Assembly: GCA_035084275.1 (NCBI GenBank)
Contig: CM068779.1
Span: 1,488,001 to 1,552,000 of the forward strand
Direction of reading: 5' to 3'
Source of the DNA: Hydrolagus colliei
Taxonomy: Eukaryota
DNA: 64,000 nucleotides
The notes beneath the pieces are model-generated. The model was not told the DNA's origin, did not search any database, and worked only from the letters and a program-made list of their open reading frames with translations. Positions 32,501-44,500 of the stretch are shown here, piece after piece; the first letter of the stretch is position 1, and each line of letters opens with the position of its first letter. The position numbers were made by a program, and so were the translations under genes.

Positions 32501-35500
32501 ACTAACCTGGGGCCTGGCTGAGAATGAAACATTCTCATAGGTCACTGCTGAGCTCTGAGCAGTTGGGGTGGAGCTTTCTGCAGGAAGATTGGGGAGAATG
32601 GGAGCAGGGTTAGGAGGAGAATTCATTCCTCTTACAATTGTGTTTATCATTAATATTACTGTAATAGTCCTTTAACAAACGGGAGGCAGGAACTTACCGG
32701 CTTGTTTTCTCAGAGACAGACGTCTTTTATAGACGAATAATGACATTATAGCGATTAGAATTAGGATTAGAATCACAGCCACTGGCACACCAACACTAAT
32801 CCCCAAATCGACGGCCACACTGGGATTGTTTACGTGATCTGTTTAGTGAGGAAATTATTTGATATAAATGAGTATGTGGGAAGACACTCAATTATCAGCT
32901 TTTTCTGCTTTAGTTTAAATAAAACATGGAAATCAGGGAAGATATAATATATATAATACAGTACAACTTTACATTGGTACAGTTCCAGCTCTAGTCTTCA
33001 CATCATGCTCAACAGTACAGGCTGGGAACCCGAGTTGCGCGTGTGAGGTGAGAGGTGTGAGGATGGGAAAGATCATTGAAAGCCAGACAGAGAGATAGGA
33101 CTTCAGACAAAAGCTTGAATGAGCTAAGGGAGGGAACAAGTGGCAGTTACAGAGATGGGGCCAAAACGGCTGAACGACCATCAGACATTGGGGGGGGGGA
33201 TGGACTTTTTCCCAGTGGGTGTCCTCCTTGACCTGTCTGCTGCGTTCGACACAGTCGATCACACCATCCTCCTCCAACGTCTTTCCTCAACCTTCAAGGC
33301 ACAGTCCTTGACTGGTTCCATTCCTACCTGACCCACCGTTTACACTTTGTATCTTCCAATGGTTTTTCCTCAAACCCCCGCACAGTTTCTCACGGCGTCC
33401 CTCAGGGCTCTGTCCTCGGCTCCCTCCTTTTCACCATTTATACGCTCCCTCTGGGCGATGTCATCCGCAAACATGGGGTAAATTTCCACATGTATGCGGA
33501 CGACACCCAGCTGTACCTTTCTGCCTCATCCCTCAACCCCCAGACCATCGATGTTCTGACAGCATGTCTGTCCGACATCGAGTCCTGGACGAGTGAAAAC
33601 TTCCTGCAATTGAACGTGAGTAAGACCGAGGCCCTCCTGATCGGCTCAAGCCAGCGCCTCCGCACATCGGGCGCTGCCAGCCTCAACATGCAAGGCTGTA
33701 CTCTCCACCTCACAAAGCCAGTCAGGAACCTCGGCATCATGTTCGACCAAAAACTCTCCTTCCTCCCCCACATCCGTGCCTTGACCGGCACCGCTTACTT
33801 CCACCTGCGCAACATTGCCAGGCTCCGCAATTATCTTACCCCCCACGCTGCTGAAACACTCATGCACGCGTACATCACCTCAAGGCTGAACTACGGAAAC
33901 TCTCTCCTCGTCGGCCTCCCCAGTTCCTCCAATCACAGGCTTCAGGTCATCCAAAACTCTGCTGCCCGTGTATTATCCCGCACCCGCCTCCGCGACCATA
34001 TAACCCCCATCCTCGCCCATCTCCATTGGCTCCCCATCCTCCAGAGGATCGAGTTCAAGATCCTCGTCCTCACCTTCAAGGTCTTACATGGCCTTGCCCC
34101 GCCCTATTTAACCAATTTACTCTCCCCCTACAAGCCCACCCGGACCCTCCGTTCAGCAGGACTTGGCCTGCTCCAAGCCCCCCGCCCGAACCGCCCCACC
34201 ATTGGAGGCCGGGCCTTCAGTTTTTCTGCTCCGACCCTGTGGAATTCCATCCCCCAATCCCTCCGTCTCGTTTCTTCTCTTTCCTCTTTCAAGGCCGGTT
34301 TGAAGACTTTCCTCTTCGACCGTGACTTTTCTTCCACCCCGAATTTTTCGACCTCCCCTATGTGTTTCACCCCTCCCCGTACACTCCCCTCCCAGCTCGG
34401 GTCACACGCCTCCTGTGCAGCGCCTTGGGATGTTCTCCCGACGTGAAAGGCGCTTTACAAGTGTAATTTGTTGTTGTGTTGTTGTTGTTGTCTGACATAT
34501 GAGAAACCATCACAGTGATTAAGAGGCACCAAACCAAGCACATAATCCACCTACACATAGAAATCCCAGAGATAGATATTGGAATGGATTGCACACCCTC
34601 TCTCTCTCTCTCTGGAGGGACTGCTGATTCCAGGAAGTATTAGGCGCTGGTTGGCGAGAGTCAAGGCTTGAGGGGAGCACACATTGTGCATTATGGTAAC
34701 TGCTGGAGTCTAACCAGCTAAACTTGTGGTTTCCAACCTTTTTTTTTGCTGCGACCCAAATTAGCCACCAACAGGTCCTTCCGACTCTTAGGGTGCAACA
34801 TCGCGACCGAAGTGAAGCTCAGCCAAGACGATATCTCTGTCTCTTTTGTGGACTCAGCGCAACTCGTAAGTATGGTCTTTCATAGAAATTGGACGGTGGT
34901 GTCGCCACGGACACTTTTCAGCACTAAAAAAGCATTGTCAGCGTTTAAAAAACAACAAAAAATTTCTAATGATCCTTCATGACCCTGATTTGGATTGGGA
35001 CCCGAGGTTGGGAACCACTGAGCTAAACCCACATAGCTTGCCATTGATATCTCTGTCTGGCAAGATTTCAGTGCCTCGGGACATCCTCCTTACGTGAAAA
35101 GCATTCTCTCACTGTAATATTTTTGTTGTTGTTGTTTCCCGCCGCTGCTCCAGCTAGGACCACCCTACACATTAGGACTTTGACTTGCAGGATTAACAGC
35201 AGCTGAGTGGGAAGATTCCCTTCCACCAGTGACTGGTCTGTTCAACCAAGGCCTGCTGGTGAGCCAGGCTGGGCTGTGCTGCCATCAGCAGAGAGAGCTC
35301 TGCAATACAAAACACCTGGCTCAGGAACTGGCACAGACGTCTGGCTCGATTCTCATATTCTGCTGCCAAAACATGTCACCTTGAGGCCTTTTCAGTTTAC
35401 AATATGATACAAGATGTGAAAGAGCTCAAATCAAGGCGAGTTTCTCCTGAGACCCCACACCCAGACTGTTTTCACCAGTGGCTTCCAAACTTTAAATACA

Positions 35501-38500
35501 GGCGCCTGCCCTGACTCAGCTAAATTTTTGTTGCGCCCCCCCCCACTCCCCACCCCCCCCCCTCCCCCCCCACTCCACCTTCACATTGAATAATTTTTGC
35601 AAATGATAACAGCAAATTCAATATTTTCTTTACCTGTGTTATTAAATATCAACAAAAAACATTAATTTGTTAGAACACTAACAAATTCACAGTTTGGAAA
35701 CCACTGGTATACACTATAAATAACTTATTGATAAACTGATGAGTTAGTGCAGATATCACCTCAGTGATCTGTCATTTACAAGATCAGGCTGTACAAGGTA
35801 CAAAGCCAAGAGCTGAGGGAACAGTGCAGTACATCACTCACCCTTTAACATGACATTCAGTGTTGTCTCATTGTCCCTTAAGGTAATGTTGTTTCGAGCC
35901 TGACAAGTGTAAATCCCAACATCAGCCTGGGTTATTTTAGCAATGGTGAACTGTGGAGTTGTTTCTGACTGAACAGTGCCATTAAATCTCCATTTATACT
36001 GAGCTTCTGGGTGTGACTGAGCAGAACAAGACAATGTAAGAGTGTCTCCAAGTTCTGCTGGGTGTGTCCCAGCGATTGTCAGCTCAGGGACGTCTGGTCC
36101 ATCTGCAACAGAAGCAAGAATGGCTTCTTTATTACCAGTGAACGTAAAGCATAACATTGAAGTCTTATTGTGAGAGGTGGCTGATACTTACAGGCAATGC
36201 TCAGTGTATGGCTGCCAGACTGAGAGCTAAGGGTGTTGTTTGCCTCACACCGATACGTTCCAACATCCTTCCTAGTCACATTGATGATGGTCAGGGTGTC
36301 ATTATCCACAGAGATTGTGATCCTGTCACTGCTGTGGAGAGCTTGCACACCTTTAAACCACAACTGGGACTCAACAGTGCCAGTGACAGCACATGCCATA
36401 GTCACAGTGTCAGTGTATTCTATTGGGTTGGGATTGTTAGCTGTTATGTTGACACTGGTAATTTTTTCTGTAAAAAGAATAATAATAGAATCATACAATT
36501 ATTAACCAATTGTTATCCTGAACTTGGGAAATCCACTCTCAGGTCAGGGTGATTTACAGCCTCCATCTTCTCTTTCAAAGTCACCTCAACACGTACCTCT
36601 TTGTCAAGACTTTCCCCCTCCCAGCGAAGTACATACACCCTCATCCCCAGTACCAGGCTTATCCGCTGAAACTATTTTGAGACGTCCCCTGACGTGAAAG
36701 GCGCTAAGCCAAAGGCAACTTAGAAACCCATCACCATGATTAAAAGCCACCAAACCAGGAGGAGAATTGCATGCATCCCACCTACACATGGAAATTCCCA
36801 GAGATAGATTATTTGAATGTAATGTGCTGCCCAGAATGTGCGTTGGGGTAACTACTGGAATCTGACCAGGTAAACCCACATAGCTTGGCCAAGCTACACA
36901 GCAAGCTTTCCCGCTGCTTTTCAAGCCAGGACCACCTTTCCCATTAGGACCTTGGCTTGCAGGATTAACAGCAGCTGAGTGGGAGGATTCCTTTGCAGGA
37001 TTCCATTAAATACCTCTCCACTTTCCCAGTTACTAATTTAGGTCCATGTCCATGATACTTTGTAGAATCATTTTCTAGTCACGAGGTTATGATGAACATT
37101 TGTGAAACATTTGTGAAACACTGTCTCAGCTGGAGTAACTGTGTTCAGTTTGGCCACCACACTTTAGGAAGGATGTCAGGCTTTGGAAAGGAGATTTACC
37201 AGGATGATACCAAGAATGAGGGATTTCAGTTATTGGGAGAGGCTAGAGAAGCTAGGGTTACTCTCCTTAGACCAGAGAAGATTGAAAGGAAACTTAAATG
37301 AGGTGTACAAAATCATTGTGGATTTGAGTTTTACATTTTACAAAACATTTTAGTTTTTCTACATACAGTATTTGGATTCCTAAAATGTATACAGCAACAT
37401 ATTATGCCTGTTCTCACTCCTTATTCTTACAGCCACGTATCTGTTGAGAAGTAAATTATATCTCAATTTGTTTAGTGAACACCTATCTGGATATCGATGT
37501 ATTCATGATCTGAGAAGTTCTATCCATCTTCACCTTTGCTTTAGAAGTTCTAAGAGAATAGTTTTGCAATTCCCAGTTTTCCCATCACAGCAAGCCGTTA
37601 CTGGCTACTGAAACCCATGGATAGTCATATAATTCACGTACAATAATGTATCTGTTAACTGTTCCATTTCTGCAAAGCAAAAACAGTTTTTCCTTCAAAA
37701 TTAGGAATTAAAATTACATAAGTATTTTAAGAATTTAAGTATTACAATTTATATATTAGAATTACATACCTATAACTTGGATTTCCCTGGTCGCTTCATT
37801 GTACCTTAGTGTAACATTGTTATATGCCTGACAAGTGTAATAACACCATGGGAGGTCCTCCCGACGTGAACGGTGCTAAAAAAATCTAACTTTGTATTGT
37901 ACCATGACATCTTTAACATCCACCTGAACAGGCAGCTAGGAGCCTGTTTTAATGTCTTATCAGAAGGGTAATACATCCACCAATGCAGCATGCATCCCAG
38001 CACTTCATTGGAGTGTCTGCATAGAGTATATGACCTTCAAGTCCTGGCATGGACACCAGGATTACGGACTATATTGTCCAGGGACACAAATGAAGCAATG
38101 AACGTTTAATACAGGATGTATCTCACCCCAAAAGCCGCTGAAACCTTGGTCCATGCTATTGTCACCTTTCGACTGGACTACTGCAACGCCCTCCTCGCCG
38201 GTCTCCCCTCCACCACAATCCACAAAATCCAGCAAATTCAAAACTCTGCCGCCCGCATACTCACCCACACCAAGCTTCACTCCCCCATTACCCCAGTCCT
38301 TGCCAGACTTCACTGGCTCCCTGTCCCTGAGAGGATCGATTTCAAGATCCTCACCCTTGTTTTCAAGTCCCTCCACTCCTCTGCAACCCCCTGGCTCTCT
38401 GATCTCCTCTCCCCCCAAACCAGCACCCGCTGTCTTCGCTTCACCGGGTCTGGCCTCCTCCATGTCCCGCGAATTCTCCGCTCCACCCTCGGCGGCTGTG

Positions 38501-41500
38501 CCTTCAGCCACTACACCCCAGGCTCTGGAACTCCCTTCTTCACTCCCTTCGCCTCGCCCCCTCTCTGCCCAGTTTCAGGTCACAGTTAAAGACTGTGACC
38601 GCGCGTTTGGTCACCTTTCTACCCCTGTCCCTGGCTCGGTCCCGGAATCCACTATTGTGAAGCGCTCTGAGATGCCATTCAGCGTAGAGGGCGCTATAGA
38701 AACTAAAAGTTTTGTTGTTGTTGCAGTTTGCATTATCTTTCTGTGGGCTTTGTATAGAACAAGTCTATTCAGGAAAGTTAATGCTTCATACAGCTCACTG
38801 AATCACCATATTTCCAAATCACTCATGTAACTGAACAAATCCAGTTTCCGGTGATTTTTTCCTTCCTTCTTCTCTCTCCCCCTCCCCCCAGGCCACGCCT
38901 CACTCCATGTTCAGCCAGAAGTTTCAAGAGATTGTGGATGTCCTTTCTGATGCAAAAGTCACTATTTAAGTGTAATTTGTATTATGATTGCAAATTGAAA
39001 ATTTGGTAATTCAGTCCTGTAGCTCAGTGGTTACAGCACTCGCCTCGCAAGCGAAAGACCTGGGTTTGATTCCGGGCAGGGCAACTTTCACTCCACACCT
39101 CTGTTTACCTAGCAGTCAGTAGGAAACCAGTTAGTTGTTAATCGATTGACAGGCCGCTTTTTTGGAAGTAATATCCTGTAAAGCACTTTGAGTTGTCTTG
39201 AAGATGTAATATTCTCCAGTGTCAGACCTTAAAATTATATTGAATACAATGATCACTATTATTATTAAATCCCAACCTGCGCAATCACAGGATTCAGTCT
39301 CCAGTCAGTGCCTATTCATTGTGTATTCATTGCACATGAACGCACAAGGAGAAATAGATAGCTAGCATGTGGTGAAGCTAAACTGCCTACTTTGGGGCCA
39401 CAGTTAATGTAACTTCTTGCCTCACTTTGCCTCCAGTGTTGAGTATTTTCAAGTGAGGATGGAGCTTTGGTTTTCAGAATTCATTCTCATTTTAGCACAG
39501 ATTGCAATCTTTGTCATTCTTATTTCCTTATGTCCCTCTTCAAGGCTACTAAAAGATATTTTCAGTTGAAAGATAAAGTACATAAAGGCTTTTACATCTG
39601 GTAACAATACTGTTTCACGTACCTATGACAAGGATTCCGATGGTTGCTGCGCTATACCTTTGTGTTACACTGTTAAAGGCCTGACAAGTATAATTCCCAG
39701 TGTTCTTCAGGGCAATATTGGGAATGAAAAGGTCCGAGCCATTTCGTAGAAAAGAGGAAGTATTGAAATACCATTGAAATTCACAAGGCGGGTTTGATTC
39801 CGCAGAACACGAGAGATTAACAGTTGATGCTGAATTAATTAATTGTAAATGTGGATTGACTGATATGTTGGGGTCTCCTGGTCCATCTAAAATAGATTCA
39901 TAGGTTGAATAGCTTCAAACACATTCTCTACAGCATTTTATATAACATCAACAGAACCCACCACCATAGATTTAAAACTACCCATTGTAAACAGTCAGTG
40001 CTGTGGCTGGATTTATCTGCTGGGAGAATCTAAGGTTAAAGCAAATAGGTGTAGAGGTTTGCTTTGATAGAAAGACCACTTTGCTTGTAGTTATCAATTT
40101 GGCGTAACAAAGACCAAAAGTATTGAAATTTGTAACATTAAATCCAGATGCGTTACCAAATTTCAAATTGGCTGAATGCTTTCTTGATTAGTAACAAAGT
40201 TCCACCCAGGAACGTTTACTCCAGAAAGAGATTTCTCAATACGTTTCAGTTGTAGATAGAGAATAAAATGAAGAAGCTGGTAATTGAAACTGTAATTTCT
40301 GTATTTATTACTTTAAGACCTCGTTAACATACCAGCCACATACAGACTGAGAATATAATGGTAATAATGATTTGTACTCTTGCAACCACTCACCCTGTAA
40401 AAGCTTGATGCTAAGACTAGGTACCCATTTAACACCACTTGACAAAAGATCACATTGTCCTGTTGAATAATGGGTTCCAGTTTTACAACATGTCATTGTG
40501 ATCATTAGTCAGGTATCAATTTATTGCCAACCGTATCTCAATCAAAGTACTGTACAAGTCATGATGATTTACTGTATATTCTAACCATTCACCACAAGCA
40601 AACCATATAAAATTAAATTTTAGTGTAAGTGTGAGCAGATCGTTTTCCCAATTTAGTCAGGCAGGGTTGGCAATCAATTGACGAATATTAGAAACCCAAA
40701 ATAGTGTTTGATCGCGTCACTTACAGTTAACATTGAGTAGATAAGAATCACTTGTCTTTCCATTAATTACGTTATACCCAAAACACGTATATCCTCCAGT
40801 GTCAGATCTTACAATTCCAGGTAAAGTGAGGGTACTATTGTCATCACTAAGAACCAGCCTTGTGTCACTGTGGATAGTTTCATTGTCTTTAAACCACAGA
40901 TATGAAACAGCAGTGCCTGATGCAGTGCAGGTCAGAGCCACGCTATCATTATGTTCTACCGGAAAAGTGTCATTGGATAAAATAGTGGGCTTGGAAATTG
41001 GATCTAGCAAAACAAGTGTATAATGTTAGAAGACACAAACCACAGTGAATTAGAATGGGACACAATTGGACTATTCATTCATACATTTAACAACAACACA
41101 ACCACAAAATGCCCTTATATACAGTAGCTCCCTCCAAGCAGGCTAGCATCTCAGAGAGTATAATGGTGGCAAAGTCTGACTCCAAGCCGTAGGATCATTC
41201 ATTACTCAAGCCGTGGTTTCCATTAACTTTATATAAATAAAATAAACCATGCTTTTATTGTCCAAGGTGGGTCTTGGGGCAAATGCCTGTTTCAGATCCC
41301 AGTAAATACTCTCCCATTTCCCAATTACTAATCTAGGTTCATGTCTTGCCCATGATACGTAATAGAATGATCTTCAAATTAGGAGGTTATGGCGAACCTC
41401 GTAAAAGGTTAGTTAAGTCTCAGCTGGAGTGTCCAGTCCTGGCCATCACACATTAGGAAGAATGTCAGGCCTTGGAGAGGATGGAAAGGAGATTTAGCAG

Positions 41501-44500
41501 GGTAGTGTCAGAATGAGGGACTTCAATAAATGGAAGAGGCTAGATAAGCTAAGGTTATTCTCCTTGGAACAGAGAAGGTTCAAAGGAGACTCAAATGAGG
41601 TGTACAAAATTATGAAGGGACTTGATAGAGTTAACAGGGAGAATCTGTTACCACTGGCTGGTGGGTTGGTAGTCTGAGGACATAGATTTAAGATGGTTGA
41701 CAAAAGAACTAAGAGAAGAGATAATTGTTCACACAGCAAATTGTTTGGATTTAGAATACATTGCCTAAAGAGGAAGCAGATTCAATAACAACTTTCAAAA
41801 GATAAGTGTTGATTCACAGATTCACTAGTCTTGTTTTAGGAAATAACATTATGGGATAGAGTACACAGGTAGCTTCGGATGTAGGTGCAAGCACCCACTG
41901 GGAAGTGATGGAGGGCAAACTAGATGGACTATCTTTTCTCATGTTCTTGTGTTCTTAACACGATAGATATTTGGGGAGGACAAATTTGCAGGGAGGGGGA
42001 CTGATTGGGTAGCTCTTCCAAAGAGCTGGCGCAAGGACAATTAGCTGAATGGCCAGTTTCTGTGGTGTGATATTCTATGATTGTATCACTTCATATTTTA
42101 GTTATTCTATATACAGTATTTGGGTTCCTAAAATCTATACAGCAATAGATTATGTCTGTTCTCACACTTTATTCTTACAGTAGCATATCTGTTAAGTAGT
42201 AAGTTATATCTCAATTTCTTTTATGAACATCTAACTGGATATGGATATATGCATGATCTGGAAAGTTCTATCCATCTTCATTTTCGATTTAGAAGTTCTA
42301 AGAGAATAGTTTTGCAATTCCAAGTTTTCCCATCAAAACAGGCAGATACTAGCTACTGAAACCCATGAATAAAGTCATATAATTCACATAAAATTATGTG
42401 TATGTTAACTGTTCCATTTCTGCAAAGCAAAAATAGTTTTTCCTTCAAAATTAGGAATGAAAATGACGTAAAAATGTATTGCTATTTAATATATTAGAAT
42501 TACATACCTATAACTTGGATTTCCCTGGTCGCTTCATTGTACCTTAGTGTTACATTGTTATATGCCTGACAAGTGTAATTTCCAGTGGCGTTCATAGAAA
42601 TATTATTAATGGTTATTTCTTGACCATTTTGTTGAAGAGCGACACCACTGTGAAACCACTGAAATTCAGAGGCTGGATTGGAGTCCGCGGAACACAAGAA
42701 TTTAACAGTTGTTCCTGAACTGTGTAATGTTTTATCCGGGATGATGGACACATTGGGTAATCCTGGTCCATCTAGAACAAACGCACATCATTTGTAATAT
42801 CACATAAATCACAAGTCTAGAACTATCTAACGTACAGCCCATCACCAGCACTACAAGTCACGATAAGCCTGAACACCATAACTGTGCAAACAAAAGGAAA
42901 CAGATATTATAATAAAACGTGTCTGTTGTAATGTGTAGTAACAATAGTTTGTTTAACATATAAAATCAATTCTGTCCCTTTAAATTCCACTTGGGTCTCA
43001 AATGACGCTATTATTTAGCATTTCAGAGCAAGCAGAAATTTGCCCAATTTCTGTAGTTCAATAGACACTATTTAAGAATTTAATTCTATATGCTGTGAAA
43101 TGGTAATGCAATAGATATGTCAAGACCCAAGGGGAAATATCTCATCCTACATTTTATCTGAGTCCCAATTTAGTGCTTTAATCAATGTTCATCATTAAAC
43201 AAATGTTTCAATTATTAATATAGTTAGTGGAGTGAACAAGTGCTTTCATTCTTTTGGTATAAATGAAAGTTTAGTGATTCAAACAAAATCTGATAGTTTT
43301 ATGATCATTTAGATTGAAATTCACAATGAAAATAGTTTCATTTCTGAATTTAAACTGGATGTTCTTTTACCGTTTCATTGTAAAATGTATCATCTCAAAT
43401 CTTTTGTTAAATATCATCAAATTCAGTGTTTGGTGAAGGATTCGATTATTTGTTCATCTACAATGGATAACTAGTGTATAATGCACGCGGAAGCAAATAT
43501 TGCATAACATTAATCAAGATGATAAGAATAATTTACAGAAATATAACATTGAAGCTGCTTGCTGTGACACTTACAGTTGATATCGAGAACATATGGATGG
43601 CTGGTACTGTTACTAACAGCATTGTAGACATAGCACGTATAATTCCCACTGTCAGATCTCAAAACTCCAGCTAAAGTCAGGCTGTTGTCATCCACATTTA
43701 GAATAATCCTGTTGTCATAGCTGATATTTTTATTGTCTTTCAACCATTGATATGAAACGTGTGAGCCTGATGCATTGCACTTCAGCCCCACAGTGTCATT
43801 ATACTCTACTGGCTGGGTGACATTGGGGGTGACAACAATATTGGAAACAGATTCTGTCAAAACACAGCACAATATTTATATTATTTGTATTACATTCTGC
43901 GTAATATACAACAGCTTATTGGAAACTCAAGTCACTTAAAACATCTGCAACAACAACATGCATTTATACAACAACTTTCCTGCAGCGTTGCGTCTCAGTG
44001 TTGACACAGTTAGAAACTGAGATGGAGAGAAAATGGAGGTGCACGGTCAAATCGATCTTCGGTGAGATTTGAAGATTATTTTCAAAACAACAACTTGCAT
44101 TTACATAGTGCCCCTCACATGGGGTATTGTCGAAGAGCATTTGGTATAAAGATTAAAGTGGAGGAAGGTGGAGAGGTTGAGGCTGTGAGCTCCAGGGATT
44201 CAGGGTGTAGTGACTGAAGGTGGAACAGTAGAGTCAGGCAATGTGCACAAGGCCTGAGCAAGTCAACCAAAAGGGCTGGGAAGAGGTGTGAGGAGTGAGG
44301 TGTCAACAAGTTGGATAGGACTTAGGCCATTCAAGTGATTTGCTGATGAAACCTCAGTGATCAGTTGGTTCCTATGTTCAACAATATGACTCAGTTTTAC
44401 GTGCAAGGGAAAACACATTCTTGCTTTTCACTCCAACCAAATGTATAATTTCTGAAGTAGAGCATTTACAATATGATTCTGATGTCAATCTAGAATATTT

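Larger units (their letters stand above)
18900..35466. repeat. Copy 1 of recent tandem segmental duplication (period ~20.97 kb)
   Basis: ORF-track pairs recur at offsets of ~20957-20972 (e.g. 19750/40717, 33490/54460); near identity by eye; less similar flanks at ~17.1-18.9 and ~35.5-36.9 kb. Confidence 0.92.

Noticed and set aside
32578-32697. Upstream acceptors at 32659 and 32629 for the YENV exon
   Set aside because: They give 39- and 69-nt introns with poor tracts; the 32578 acceptor has a strong tract and branch-like site.
33490-34446. 318-aa ORF (and twin 54460-55416) as a host gene or novel RT system
   Set aside because: It is the C-terminal part of an ordinary 5'-truncated L2 ORF2; the twin comes from the segmental duplication.
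35535-35575. Long C/G tract as a regulatory G-quadruplex
   Set aside because: Inside a MITE, with length differing from the paralogue; likely slippage or sequencing noise.
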